Shown here piece after piece: positions 11,274 to 24,545 of a DNA stretch of 64,000 nt. Source of the stretch: Chiloscyllium plagiosum (Eukaryota); contig NC_057719.1 in NCBI RefSeq assembly GCF_004010195.1, positions 21,426,892 to 21,490,891 on the forward strand. Direction: 5' to 3'. The notes beneath the pieces were generated by a model that did no database searches, was not told where the DNA came from, and worked only from the letters and a program-made list of their open reading frames with translations. The position numbers were made by a program, and so were the translations under genes. Each line of letters opens with the position of its first letter. The stretch's first letter is position 1.

Positions 11274-11596
11274 CTGGACATTACATGCCCCCATTGGGTG
11301 TGTTTTCAGCAGATGGACACATAAAGTAGATGGCTAGTCCATGACCTTCCCACCTGTTCCAGAGCTCATTGCCATACTAGAGGTGGAAAGATGGTGGAGT
11401 CCCTGACCCATGTTCTCTTGCCCAATTAAATATCCCACAATCAGCAAAGTTGCCGTGCAGAAGTGCTTCAAATTCTCCCTCAAGGGCTGGACATTACATG
11501 CCCCCATTGGGTGTGTTTTCAGCAGATGGACACATAAAGTAGATGGCTAGTCCATGACTTTCCCACCTGTTCCTGAGCTCATTGCCATACTAGAGG
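11274..11596 (+). repeat. Direct duplication of 110 bp (11274-11383 and 11487-11596)
   Basis: ctggacattacatg...gccatactagagg occurs twice with 2 mismatches. Confidence 0.95.
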
Positions 11597-12649
11597 GTGG
11601 GCAGTCTCTGAAATCGATAGGCCTGCCATCATTTATAAATTTAACATTAAGGTTCAATTGAACCTTTAAAAACTCAATTGACCCCAGTAACGGATAGCCC
11701 ACACCAAGACACCTTTGGCATGGACAGTCAGGCAGACGTAAGCAGCTCCTTCATTTTACAAAAAAAGTTTTAAAAGGATGGAAGGGAATGTGGTAGGAAA
11801 GCATCTTTCTTCAAATGGTGCCCTTTACGCAACAGGGCATTGTTAATACCCACTTCCTTTCGACCTACTTTGTCCAAAATGCACGTCCCCAAAACCCCAC
11901 CTCCCTAAGCTTATCAAACTTTTCCCTCTAGGCAGCACGCATTCCAGGATCCATCAGTGCGTTCCTGCTGGGTCTACGAATAGTACCATCAGCACCCACT
12001 CCTGACGTTGTGGGACTGCTGGGACTATTGGAGCTGACCCCAATTGAGAGTCGGGTTTCTTCCCCCGGTGAGCGGCAGAAGTTCCATTTTTCCCTTGTCA
12101 GAGATTGCTGTTGGCTGGATTTTTATTTTTGACAGTTTCTGACTGACATTTTAATTGGGAGGCCAAGCAGTCCACCCTTCCATGATATACAGCCCCATGT
12201 TTTCAAAGGTTTTTTTTTACAGGAATTGAGAGACAGCCGGTAACTGTTGAGTAACCACAAGCAATGTGCCCCCTGACCTCAGTAGTGCTCCCAGTAAATC
12301 ACAACTATTTAAATGAGTTGACCTTACATTATTGTCTGCAGTCAGTTCAGGCGAATACAGGTGCACACCATGCCAGCCTAATCAATGGATCTGCAAGTGC
12401 TGCTACCCCTAAGCGTTTTTCTAATGCAAATTCCTTTTTCAGCCAAAGTCTTTTTTAAAATTTCAATTTTTGATTCTCCTCCTCTAAAAACATCACCAGA
12501 TTGAGTTTGGTTTCTCAGTTGAGAATCACTCTCTACTGCCCAACCTAAATGTACATTCTGGAAGGGTAACCAGGCACAATAATGGTTGATCAACTGTTCG
12601 ATTTAGCAACAACATAGTTGAATCTAAGCCCGCCTTCATGCCACATGAC

Positions 12650-12790
12650 TAAACACACATAGACACAAATGTGCAAATACATATAGTCAGACATATACAT
12701 AATCACACAAACACACAGACACAAAGCAGCCTACACAATCACATGTATATGGACAAAAATATGTACACAAACACAAAAAAACCCCACAAC
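12650..12790. repeat. Degenerate CA-rich low-complexity/microsatellite
   Basis: acacacat/acacagac-type runs. Confidence 0.6.
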
Positions 12791-15084
12791 TATACTTGCT
12801 AACATGCAATCCTTCCAAAGCAGTCATTGAAGAAAACCAAAGAACGATTTTGAATGCCTTTTTTTCCCCTCTAGCTCAGGAGTGTTAATTCCAATTTTGA
12901 TGGTTGTTTTGCTCACCATGCCAAAGGCTCGTTAACACAGCACAGCAGACCAAATCGGAGCTGTTCCCCTTCTGAATCTCTCAGTTCCATACCTGACATG
13001 AAAGTTACCAATCCACCTGTCACAAAGTTTGATGCTTGACATTTTTTTTAAAGGAAGCAACCAAACAGCAAAATTCCAATGTGAAATAATATAATGCAGG
13101 AACAAAGTGATTCACAGAGGACTAGTTTTGCAGGAGATTTGCACATGGACCTTTGTTCAAAGTTGGAGGAAAAAGTCAAGTGTGAAACATATTACAGTGG
13201 TCACAAGATTGTGTTTTGTTCAAAGTAGGAGGCTGGTATGCATGGCACACACAGACACACAAAAACATATTGTTCCACTTAAGCACAATTTCCTCCTGAG
13301 TGTAATTTTCCCAAGTACCCATTTTATGATCAAAGAGCAATTTGAATTGCGGTTGATAGCCTCAACTAACAGTTGGCTTATGGAAAAGCAGTTTGTTTTT
13401 ATCGTGGTAACAGCTGAATCTTTCTTTACTCCTCTGCATTATAATAGCTCGATTCAGTTCATTTGTATGATGTGTTACATAAGGCTTACTTTTGAGATTC
13501 AACATCTTGATCTCTTAATTGTGTCCGATTATATTGCAGTCATATTACAGACTTCAAACCGTGGGCCAGAACTGCTGGATTTCAACACCAACGACTTTGC
13601 TCTCATCCAGGCTCAGCTTGAGGCACAAAATGAATTTCAAGTCAATTCCTTTCTCTGAAACATAAATATTCTCCATCTTTAACAAGTTTTTTTTAAAGTT
13701 GCCAATTTCCCTTCTAATCCATGGCTTATTTTGTTACAATAGTGCATGGGACATACCTCCTCAGTTCTGAATCTTATTTTTTCCATGAGAATGTGGATAC
13801 TCACTTTCAGATGCTTAAAGGCTGCCTTAATTATTGTCTGGCTTGTTCTTTGGCCTCCAATCCACCAGGGTCATTATTTTAATCACCGGTTTTCCTCACT
13901 ACTTCCCATGTGTTTCTTTCTCTGTTTGGTGCTGTCACTGTGTCACACATATTCTGGTGGCAGCACCTCTCCCAACAACTTCATGTTATGTAACCAATTA
14001 TTCTGCCTATTGAAAGTACCTTACTCATGGGAGAAACATTCTTTATGTATCTTTAAAGTCCCAGTCACTCACCACTAAGTTTCTAGCAAGAAATTACTAA
14101 TTGAACTTGTGAACCTGATTGTTTCATATATTATGTGCTCAAGTCAACACAAAACAGCAGTGGCCCATTTTGATATCCTCTCTCTCTGTCTCTCCTCTCA
14201 ATGCAGCATATGTATTACTTTCCGCTGTGACAAATACCATGTGTGACATGTTCTGACATCAAAATAAATTGTAATTTTGCAACATTCATTGTTCTTAATT
14301 ACGAGCCTTGTAATTTGTTCACAAAGAATGCATAAGAGCCAACTAATACTGTATGTTCTATGAATAACATGGGTATGAATGATTTACTAAAACACACACT
14401 GTATAGTTGTTAGATTTGGGCTTGTGTGTGTGTCATAGCTGCCTGGACCAACCCTTAAAATACCGCAGGACAGTAGGTATCTTTGTACAGCGAATCAATC
14501 GTTTCATTTCCCAGGGTAATGTGAACCTGTACATAAAAGGGACTGGGTTTTCAACATCTGTTTCCAATCAGAATATAAGATTGACTCTAACTTGCTCTCA
14601 TTCTGCATAAACTCTTATTACATGTAGTTCCCTCTCAGGAAGACACTGAAAACAAAAGTAAATGTCTCAATAAGTTCTCCTGAAACATGGTTTGCATTAT
14701 TCATACCGTTCATTAATGCACTGGGAACTTTTGGCTTCATTCAGATTGCCAGCAGGAATTATTTCAGTGTGGTTTCAGTGGTGATTCAGTCTGATTTCCC
14801 CAGCTGAGTTACTGAGCACACAAAGAACAGAATGTAAAAACAGGGGAAGATTAAGTTCATATTTTACAAACATCAAAAGAAGCAATTAAGCTACTAAAGA
14901 GGAAACCCTGATAACTCCATTTATCGTGCACTGCCAGATTTTCCACCTTTCATTTTGAAATTCAAAATTGTAGCAAATCAGTTATTAAGGTTTATGGTCA
15001 CAATGTTAAATATCCAAAAATGAATCTTTATAGTTAGTGTTTAATACAGAACTCAATTGTTCTCTCCATTCATGGAACAAGAAG

Positions 15085-15340
15085 CTGTCTTTGGGATGAC
15101 ATGTTAAATTGAAGCCTCGACTGTCATTTCAACTGGGCAGAAAAGATCCCTTGGTGCTATGCTGGGGAAAAGTAAGGCTGTTACTCCCACTGTCCTGGCC
15201 AATGTTTAACCCACAACAAACATCTAAAACAGATGGGCGAGGCATTCATTTCATTGCATATTTTGCATAACTTGTCTGATTACTTCAACAGTACTTCTTT
15301 GACTACTGTCAGGTTGTGAAAGGTGCTGAATAAATGCAAT
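15085..15340 (+). mobile_element. DeuSINE (SacSINE1/AmnSINE1-like) relic
   Basis: Deu-domain-like gatgacatgttaaa...aaaagatccc...tgtcctggccaatgttta..caacaaacatc and tail gtgaaaggtgct..ataaatgcaa. Confidence 0.7.
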
Positions 15341-15774
15341 GAGCCTTAAGAGTGGAATACTGGTTTTGTAAATAGCACAGGATTTGTCCCTTTTACTCTT
15401 GATGACTGCCGAAAATAAAAGAAAATTTAGAAATGAATTGGACACACAGAGTTCACAGGATGGCTTGTCAGCCTTCTCAAATTCCCCAAAGCTACGCAGT
15501 AATATGTAATGACAACAGGAAATCTTTGCAGTATGACAGCAGCTGTAATTGAATTTTATTTGGAATAAATGAGCATCTCTTGTATTCACAAACTGATTGT
15601 GCACTGTCTTTCTCTAACAGTGATGAGAACAGAGGAATGCAAAATGGGTATTGAAGTCCAGGCGCCTTTGAGTGAGGCTTCATTAATGATCTTCCTTATG
15701 TTAAAGACAGTGACTTCTGACTAGGAATTTTCACATTAAAGCATAAGCTTGCTTTCCGTAATACTTTATTTAGA

Positions 15775-16650
15775 GATTCATAGAAATGTACAGCATTGAA
15801 ACAGACCCTTCAGTCCAACCCATCTATGTTGACCAGATATCCCAACCCAATCTAGTCCCACCTGCCAGCACCTGACCCATATCCCTCCAAACCTTTCCTA
15901 TTCATATACCCATCCAAATGCCTCTTAAATGCTGCAATTGTACCAGCCTCCACCACTTCCTCTAACAGCTCATTCCATACACGTACAACCCTTTGCGTGA
16001 GAAAATTGCCCCTTAGGTCCCTTCTATATCTTTCCCCTCTCACCCTAAACCTATGCCCTCTAGTTCTGGACTCCCCGACCCCAGGGAAAAGACTTTGTCT
16101 ATTTATCCTATCCATGCCCCTCATAATTTTGTAAACCTATATAAGGTCACTCCTCAACCTCCAATGCTCCAGGCAAAACAGCCCCAGCTTGTTTAGCTTC
16201 TCCCCATACCTCTTATGCTCATATCCAAATCATTTATATAAATGACAAAAAGTAGAGGACCCAGCACCGATCCTTGTGGCACTCCACTTGCCACAGGCCT
16301 CCTGTCTGAAAAGCTACTCTCCACCACCACCGTCTGTCTTCTACCATTGAGCCAGTTCTGTATCCAAATGGTGAGTTCTCCCTGTATTCCGTGAGATCTA
16401 ACCAGTCTCCACTGTCGAACGCCTTACTGAAGTCCATATAGATCACATCTACCGCTCTGCCCTCATCAATCCTCTTTGTTACTTCTCCCCTGGCTTGTCC
16501 TTACTACCCTTCTTAAACAGTGGCACCACGCTTGCCAACCTCCAGTCTTCCGGCACCTCACCTGTGACTATCGATGTTACAAAATCTCAGCAAGACGCCC
16601 AGCAATCACTTCCCCAGCTTCCCAGAGTTCTAGGGTACACCTGATCAGGT
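15775..16650 (-). mobile_element. CR1 LINE fragment with internal deletions
   Basis: ORFs GESRTRGHRFRVRGERY..., [23 protein letters not shown]. Confidence 0.9.
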
Positions 16651-17597
16651 CCTTATTTGTTCTAGTTTTAGAAGGTTTGTTACTACTTGATCAAATCAAT
16701 GGAGGGAATCCAAAGGGAAATTTAAACTTCAAGAAAGAGGAGAGGAGATCACAAAGTCCACAAATATGAAGGGATCTTTCTGACACCACTAGAAAATCAT
16801 TTGACAGTCCTCACAACCAGTGAAGTTAAGATGTTCGATTGTGTCACCACTCACCTCAAAAAGAAGGTAAGAGTGCAAGAAAATTTGCGTGATAACAGAA
16901 ATGGATATTCCTGTAGATTTCCCAACAGTGTAATATTCCAGCTAGAACAATGGGGTCATGTTTTAATAGGATTTCTTCCAATCCATGCTGTGACTTTGCC
17001 ATAAAATCAGAGAAGATGCAAGAGGAACAAAGTCAATGGTATTTGCACCATTTCCTTATGATTTCTGATGAAGTTATGGATGGCTAATTGTTCTATGTGC
17101 TGTGATGCCAACCACCAGCTAGTGGTTCAGATTGTTTGCTGTCAACATGTTCTTTGATTGACTAGGTCGAAGGGCTTAGCTGGTTTACACTGGTAGAAGA
17201 AACCCACTAATGAGTCTTAGCAAGGGAAGACTCTTGTTTTAAACAAGATGTAGTTGGCTACATGATAGCAATCAGGTACAAATTACATCAGTAAATGAGA
17301 CATTGTTGCTAAGATGTTTGGGAAACCTGCAGATGTAGGTCATCATCCTAAAAGATCTTAAACTGTTCTGCCTTTCCCCACCCACATTTCTATTACACCA
17401 AACAACTAGGGAGCGCTTAATGTTAGTTCAAAATTAACTCTTACAATTGTTTCCTGATTATTACCGCACAAGGTGAGTTCTATAGACGTTGTACCTTTTT
17501 GTTTTAGAATTGAGTGGGAAGCTCTTTTTTGATGAATATTCAAAGAAGGTTTAGCTGCACTGTCCTCCAATAAAATGGAGGCTGCAGAATTGAGCTA

Positions 17598-17778
17598 GGA
17601 GAAAGTGAGGACTGCAGATGCTGGAGATCAGAGCTGAAAATGTGTTGCTGGAAAAGCGCAGCAGGTCAGGCAGCATCCAAGGAACAGGAGAATCGAGGTT
17701 TTGGGCATAAGCCCTTCTTCCTGAAGAAGGGCTTATGCCCAAAACATCGATTCTCCTGTTCCTTGGATGCTGCCTGAC
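17598..17778. mobile_element. Fold-back PLE-terminal mini-element with 16-bp TSD
   Basis: TSD CTGCAGAATTGAGCTA at 17582-17597 and 17779-17794. 60-bp inverted arms 17661-17720 and 17723-17782 with one mismatch. Hammerhead core with CpG decay starts at the loop (17721). Confidence 0.88.
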
Positions 17779-18149
17779 CTGCAGAATTGAGCTATCTGAC
17801 ATGGGGTACTGTAATTGATTCCTATGACAGGATGAAGAGGAGTATTTGGAGACCAGGGAAAGAATTGTAAGAGAGAGGTTGACAGACAGAAGAGGAAAAT
17901 GAAGCTGTCAGGAGGGAGGGCAACTGAGAAGGAGGGGCCAGATAGGGGCTGACAACATTCACTGATCAAGAAGATCCTACTGGATCCACACAGTTAGGGA
18001 GAATGTACAAACTTCATCTACACAACACATGAACATCGTCTCTTTTGAGTCTGCAGATCATACATTGGACTTATCAGCCATATCATTGAACTGGAGTGGA
18101 TGCTAATCAATGTCAATGTCAAGGAATCAACTGAGAAGAATAATGTGTG

Positions 18150-19440
18150 AGGCTGAATCTTAAATTATTTTGCTGAAGTGTCAGTGTCATTGAGTTTTAT
18201 TAGAGATTTTTTTTGTTGCAAAACCTTGCAAGATCTCTCATCATGGTTAATCAATTCACCTCATTAATTACTTACCACAGTCCTATGGCGTCTCTCACAC
18301 CCAATTCTTGCTTCATTTTCCCACGCACTGTTCGTGGAACAACCCTCCACTACTCAGTGCACATTTGCCAAAAAATTGGCATCCCGAGCACAAACACCAC
18401 CCTGCTATGCAACCGGAAAGGTGTGGGCAGACCAGTGTTACCCTTCACCAGTAACATAATGGCACAGTTGTCACAAAAAAATCATGTTGCTCACAGCATA
18501 CTCCCTCTTACATACAACCCTTTCTCTCACCCTAGTCACTGTTTGAACCCAAGACCTCAGTTAACCTGCCTTTAGCTGCAATGTGTATCCACTTTCCTTC
18601 TTTAGGTCACTGCTGCACTTTCCCCAGCACCCATTGGAGACCAACATCTTGTCATTGTCCATTAGAGGAACATCACATGCAGGAGAGCAAGTGGATAATT
18701 CCAGACATAAGTTTTTGCTTACAGCCACCACAAAATAATAATTGAGTCTGCAATTCACTCCTACAATGTCAATCAAATGCTGGAATGATGGCCAATGACT
18801 ATGTGAATGCATAGTCTGCTTTCCTGTTGGGCTTTTCCAGCCATATGCTAATCTTGGCCAATGACAACGCCACTGTCCACGCTGGTCTGCTGCACCCAGC
18901 TTTCCCCTATCCTAAGCAAGTGTCAATCCGATCCTGTCCGGCTTGTAGCACCCAACACAGCCAAGCTGTGTGATGTACAAAGGAGGCTTCCTTATTCCCA
19001 ATGTTCTCATCCTCCTCCCACTCTCATTACAAGATCCAATTGGGCTGAGCACGGAACTCTAAGATGGTCCTGTAATTGTTAGGCTGAAAGTGCCCAGCAG
19101 GTTCTTTAAGATCTGATCAAAGTTAATACAAGTAGACATGTGTACATTAGTATCGAGCAAATTCATTAGCTTAATCGACTTAATATATATTAGAGACACA
19201 TGCAAGTTAATGAGTGAATCTGTTCGCTTAAACTATATGCTATACTTATGTAAACAAGTGAGTCTCCCACAACCTTCTATCTGTCAGGGACTTTGGTGAT
19301 GGTGGTACTTGAAGCTTTATCTCAGATTCTACAGTACGGGTCTTGCGAACCCCAGCCCAATGGTGAAAAGTATGATGCATGGGGTGAAAAGTCCCTCACA
19401 TTAATACTATTCATAATATAAAGTTACACGCCGAATCCCC
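18150..19440 (+). mobile_element. Degraded putative Harbinger-like DNA transposon relic
   Basis: 5' portion resembles 54860-55000 and (inverted) 23380-23550. A very degraded Myb/SANT-like coding remnant lies at ~18600-18800. Confidence 0.3.
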
Positions 19441-19729
19441 ATTTTGTTATAACTTCAGTACTTTTCCAGTCCTCAAAAATCCATGGAAAACAAGTCCAGG
19501 TGACCTCATATAGAGTGTACAAGTAGACGATTTTCACTGACCCTCAAGGTCAAACAGTCTCCCTCCCCTGTCAAACAGGCTGTTTTTGCATTAGTCCTGC
19601 TTTTCACATACATTTCCACTTTACTTCAATTGCTCATTACCCAATTAACCCTTAATTCAGCCGTAATGGTTTGGATTGCAGATAGCATTTTTAAACCCAA
19701 CACGACAGACATGGCAGACTCTCTCTGGA

Positions 19730-20035
19730 TTGGAGGTCACAGTCTAAGAATAGTCGGTGAGACTTTCAGGACTGAGATGTGGAAGAGTTTCTTCACTCAG
19801 AGTGTTTTGAATTTGTGAATTTCTGTCCCACAGCAAGTTGTTGGGGCCAGTTTATTAGATATATTCAGGAGTGGGCTGGACATGGGTTTTGTGGCTAAAG
19901 GGATCAAGGGGTTGGGAGATGAAGTGGGAATGGGATCCTGAAATTGCGTGATCAGTCATGTTCATGTTGAATGGTGGTACAGGTTTGAAGGGTCAAATGG
20001 CCTTCTCCTACACCTATTTTCTATATTTCTATGTT
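19730..20035 (+). mobile_element. CR1 LINE 3' end
   Basis: GHSLRI...FRTEMWKSFFTQ motif followed by the CR1 3' UTR (atcagtcatg..gaatggtgg..gaagggtcaaatggcct). Confidence 0.8.
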
Positions 20036-20061
20036 CCCCAGTCCAAGATTTGGAATCATAC

Positions 20062-20265
20062 CAAAGACAGAAAGTGCTGAAGAAACTCAGCAGTCCTGGC
20101 TGCATCTGTAGACAGAAAAACAGAGTTAAAATCTCAAGTCCAGTGACCCTTCATCACTATGTTAAATCTGATTTTCTCTGTACAGATGCTGCTGGACTTG
20201 CTGAACTTTAGCACTTTCCATTTTTGTTTCAGAATTCCAGCATCCACGGTTCTTTCTTTTTATTT
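20062..20265. mobile_element. Older, degraded fold-back PLE-terminal element
   Basis: Imperfect inverted repeat (aaagtgctgaagaaactcagcag..gcatctgt / acagatgctgct..ttgctgaactttagcactttc) centred near an antisense ccttcatca HHR remnant; ends ttccagcatcc..ttcttttt like other pLTRs. Confidence 0.65.
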
Positions 20266-20804
20266 CAGTGGAATCATATCTCCAGAAGCCCAGTCATCTG
20301 CTCCACCATGGGCATGGTGCACCAACTTGGTATTGGTGCCATGCCGGCCGAGTGACCACCTCATTACATCCAAAATGGAGTGCCAGCTGCACCCTGACTA
20401 TTCCAGACCCACATCGATTGTTCAACATGTCATTGCATTCAGTAGAGTTCATTGTAATACATGATGGATGATAAAGCAATTTTCTCCATCTTGCACAATA
20501 CTATTGAACAATTCACAAGTCAAGGCTTGCTTTGGCCAGCACTTGACTCCTTATAAGTAATTTCTGCATCATTCAGATACTAATGATCATTTGCAAGGAT
20601 AATGGCATCGTGAAAAGCATATTTGGCTACCACATGCAGCATATGCATGTTCCCTCTGCATGTGCTTCAAATAGGCAAAGAAATTATTAGAAATTAATAC
20701 GTAGCTAGAATGTGCTTCACGTATTTGTCCTTTCAATGTGTTACTGTCCAGTAGATGTGTACCCCATGCTTTCACGCATGAAACAGACACTGACTCTGCC
20801 CAAT

Positions 20805-20905
20805 CTAAATAGTCTTTATAGGAAGCAAAGTGTTAGGGTGTTTTATCAAGGTAACTGTGGAAGTCGGTGGGTTCTTAGTGGATACTAGTGGCCAGTCTAT
20901 AAAGA
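20805..20905 (-). mobile_element. Degraded Penelope RT fragment
   Basis: Minus strand RLATSIH*EPTDFHSYLD..HFASYKD, homologous to the RT at 11200-11273. Confidence 0.6.
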
Positions 20906-20913
20906 AACAAAGT

Positions 20914-21226
20914 GGGCAGCACGGTGGCACAGTGGTTACCACTGCTGCCTCACAGGGCCAGAGACCCGGGTTCAATTCCTGCCTCAGGCAACTGTTTGTG
21001 TGGAGTTTGCACATTCTCCCCGTGTCTGCTTGGGTTTCCTCAGGGTGCTCTGGTTTCCTTCCACAGTTAAAAAATGTGCAAGTTAGGCGAATTGGCCATG
21101 CTAAATTGCCCATAATGTTAGGTGAAGGGGTAAATGTAGGGGAATGGGTCTGAGTGGGTTGCTCTTCGGAGGGTCAGTGTGAATTTGTTAGGTCGTAGGG
21201 CCAGTTTCCACACTGTAAGTAAGTAA
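20914..21226 (+). mobile_element. HE1 SINE (V-SINE)
   Basis: GGGCAGCACGGTGGCACAGTGG tRNA-like head, V-domain GTGTGGAGTTTGCACATTCTCCCCGTGTCTGC, CR1-derived tail TTTCCACACTGTAAG. Confidence 0.92.
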
Positions 21227-21239
21227 CCAATGCTAGGCA

Positions 21240-23550
21240 TTGTCCTAGCCATTTTCCAGTGCAGTTAGCAACTGGAGAGCAGCAAGTGTTGGGAGGGAAT
21301 GAAGTTCGTGGTGGACACAACCATCACCAACCTCTCCCTGGTACCAATTTAATCACCACACCCCCATCTCCTCCCTCCCATCCCCATCCCCTGAACCTCC
21401 GTGTCCCCTTTGACCTTGCACTGCCCTAAGAGTTCATCTTCACCAATCTCCCATGTGGAGACACATCACATTGAACTTTTCATCAGCTGTGCTCCCTCCA
21501 TGGAGACCACTGTGAAGGTGATTGCCAATAACCCAACATCCTATGGCCCAAAATGCCTTTTGCTGGTGTGCTGCTTACACCCTTGTATCTTGAATGTCCC
21601 CTCATCACCATCTGTATGCCCACCTGAACACTTGCCTCCATTTTCCAACCAGCCTTGACTGCCCTACCCCATATTTGCCCCCACATCCAATCCCAATTTG
21701 CGCATTCTTCAATAGTCAATGTGCAGACCTTTAGGACTGTATTCACCCAGTCATTTGACCATCCTTATCGAGTAGACCCCAGTCATGACTAACCAGACCC
21801 CTGACCATTGTCTCTGCATCTCCTGATCAATGGTATACAATACCCATGAGTGCTTGTGGCCATACAAGACTGACTGTTGTCCATTCCCCAGGCTGTGGCC
21901 AGTCATCTCCCTGAGTGGGACCAGCCTGAATGGACAACTGGTCATGATGAAACCTTTGGATTGTGCACAGACTGTAACCTTTACTGATGGTATTGGACCC
22001 TTTCGACTGACAGTGGTGCCCCTTGACTAGACTGAGGCCTCATATACCCTCAGCACCCACTGCCCAACATGGCTGTACAGTGTGGCTACCAGGCAGGCAG
22101 ATGGCACATTCTGTAGATGTTAGATTGATGTCTCAATGCACGATACAGCAACAGGTTAAGACCATAAGACCATAAGACATAGGAGTGGAAGTAAGGCCAT
22201 TCGGCCCATCGAGTCCACTCCGCCATTCAATCATGGCTGATGCGCATTTCAGCTCCACTTACCATTACATCCGATTTTGCCTTCTCCCTTTCAAACTGCA
22301 GACTGAACTCTATCATATTATGGTTGCTACTTCCTAAGGGTTCCCTTACTTTAAGATCTTTTATAGAGTCTGGTTCATTGCAAAGCTCTAGGTCCAGAAT
22401 AGCCTGCTCTCTTGTGGGCTCCATGACAAGCTGTTCCAAAAAGCCATCGTGTAAGCATTCCATGAATTCCCTTTCTTTAGATCCACTAACAACATTATTT
22501 ACCCAGTCCACCTGCATATTGAAGTCTCCCATGATCAATGTAACCTTGCCTTTCTGACATGCCTTCTCTATTTCCCGGTACATGTTGCGTCCCTGGTCCT
22601 GACCACTGTTAGGAGGTCTATACACAACTCCAATTATGTTTTTTTCGCCTTTGTGGTTCCTCAATTCCACCCACACAGACTCCACATCATCCGACGCTAT
22701 GTCATTCAATACCATAGATTTAATTTTGTTCTTAACTAACAAGGCAACCCCATCATAATCATTCACTATTATCTGTGCCATTAGTTCATCGGCTTTGTTA
22801 TGTATGCTACGAGCATTCAGGTAAGGCTCCCAGCCCCTGACTTCATTTAGATCCCTATTGACAAGAGGGCTGTCTCTGTGCATTTGCACAAAACAGCATA
22901 TCATACGGCAGTACTGACAACCTATAGGTTCTGGCTGAAGCAACAATGCACTAACAGATGCAGTATGGAAAGGCAAGATATGGCATTGTTGCTGCAAGCA
23001 TGGATATAGGAGCTAAATAAGCAAGCTCTAAGAGAGCAGCCCTGAGTTGCAACCTGTTTCAATCCATGAGCTGGGTGCCTGACCCAATATGCAAATTGCA
23101 GCAGTATTTCATGCTAGTTGCTAGTGTGGCCTGTAATGCAGATCTGTGCTTCCCAAATATATGTCAGTGGATCAGAGAGGTGCCATGAAGATCCTGAGAC
23201 GTTGGCAAATATCAGATGCTAATTTCTGTGGATGAGGCATGCACGCAGTTAGTGCTGGTAGATAGGTGTCTGGAGATGCTGTTTTGTTCTGAGCAACATG
23301 AAGGCTGTTCACAACCAATGGTGCCAGCTAACTGCTGTACTTCCCTATTGAAAACTGTCAGCACCTAGTTCACTCGGCAGGTTTGGTAAGATAGGAAGTT
23401 GCATGAGAATGAGGCAAAGTGTGCCATTAATAAAGTCATTAACAAGTAATAAACCTCTCTCATAGGCGGCCTGTTGAAAATCACAGCTCAGTTGTATATA
23501 AATTGGAGTGAGTTACTCCTGATGTCAAAATAGGCCTCATTAGATTTCCT
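21240..23550 (-). mobile_element. Degraded putative Harbinger-like relic interrupted by a CR1 mini-element
   Basis: Minus strand at ~22830-22890 gives SPLVNRDLNEV, similar to FADRDLKDL at 55165; 5' region resembles 18150-18280 and 54860-54930. Confidence 0.3.
22159..22822 (-). mobile_element. Internally deleted CR1: ~100 bp of 3' end fused directly to the endonuclease region
   Basis: (AAGACCAT)n tail and 3' UTR at 22159-22260, followed by ORF YLNARSI..ESVWVEL..GVVYRPPN..MGDFN..PTREQAILDL..LGSSNHNMI. No RT between them. Confidence 0.88.
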
Positions 23551-24369
23551 ATGCATTTTTTAATTGATTCATGGTATAAGGGCTTTGCTTACTAGACCAG
23601 CATTTATTGTCTATTCCAGAGAGCACTTCAGAATTAACTATGTTGCTGGGTCTGGAGTCACATGTAGTTCAGACCAATAAGGATGATAGCTTCTTTCCCT
23701 GAAGGTCATTAGTGAATCAGATGGATTTTTCCAACAATCAACAATAGTTTCATTGTCATCATTCAACGCTTCATTACAGATTTTTATTGAATTCAAATTT
23801 CACCATTTGCCATAGAAGGATTCAAACTCAGGTCCCTAGAACAATACCTCGGTCTCTGGATTAACAATTCGGTGATAATACCACTAGGCCGCCACCTCCC
23901 CTAAATTTCTGTCAGGTACCTCACAATCGCCCATGTCCTTCAGGTGCCTATTCAAATATGTCCATTGAAAAAAGTTTTCCTGAACAAACTAACATTTTCA
24001 AGAATAGGAGCAATCCCTTGAAGGAACATCAGTTAGATGCATGTGGCCCAATTCTACTTGTCCCCAGGCATTGCAATTATGTACAGTGTGCCTTTCTTAA
24101 TATGGCACTTTGTACTGTCCTGGCACATGATGCCAGTCACATTGGATGTTTCAGTGACTCAGGCAGACTGCTGTGGAATTTCTAGACTAATTGAAAATTG
24201 TAAACAAGACATTGCATTCGGATCCTTTGAGTTTGAATTGAATTTATTGCAAGTGGCATCATGAATAAATTTGGGATTAGTCCTTGGTTTAGATAACTAA
24301 ATAAAAATGCATTCAGAATAAAAAAAATGACAGGTTTGTGGAGTAAGAGGTTAACACAAACCTATAAGG

Positions 24370-24545
24370 GTGATCGTGTCAGAAACCCTCACAACATTAA
24401 CAAGTATTTGGAAGTGCACTTGTGATGCTAAGGTGTGCAAGGCTATGGACAAAATGCCGGAAAATGTGAGTCAGGTGCTTATTTTTGACTGGCACAGACT
24501 CAATGGGTTGAAGGGTCTTTTTCTGTGCTGTGGACCTCTGACAGC
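24370..24545 (+). mobile_element. CR1 3' UTR fragment
   Basis: ggcacagactcaatgggttgaagggtcttttt ctgtgctgt tail motif. Confidence 0.6.

Noticed and set aside
10510..11281. Long ORFs spanning the N run
   Set aside because: Length is inflated by the assembly gap; the real coding part is a PLE RT remnant.
12210..12246. Possible 17-nt micro-exon (ttttacag|GAATTGAGAGACAGCCG|gtaact)
   Set aside because: Splice-like signals alone are common by chance, the length is not a multiple of three, and there is no supporting gene context.
13107..13658. 183-aa plus-strand ORF, with a possible exon near 13540-13640
   Set aside because: No recognisable protein motif and no convincing splice donor.
22227..22997. 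256-aa ORF as a functional gene
   Set aside because: It is a chimera of flanking repeat, deleted CR1 endonuclease and CR1 3' UTR.
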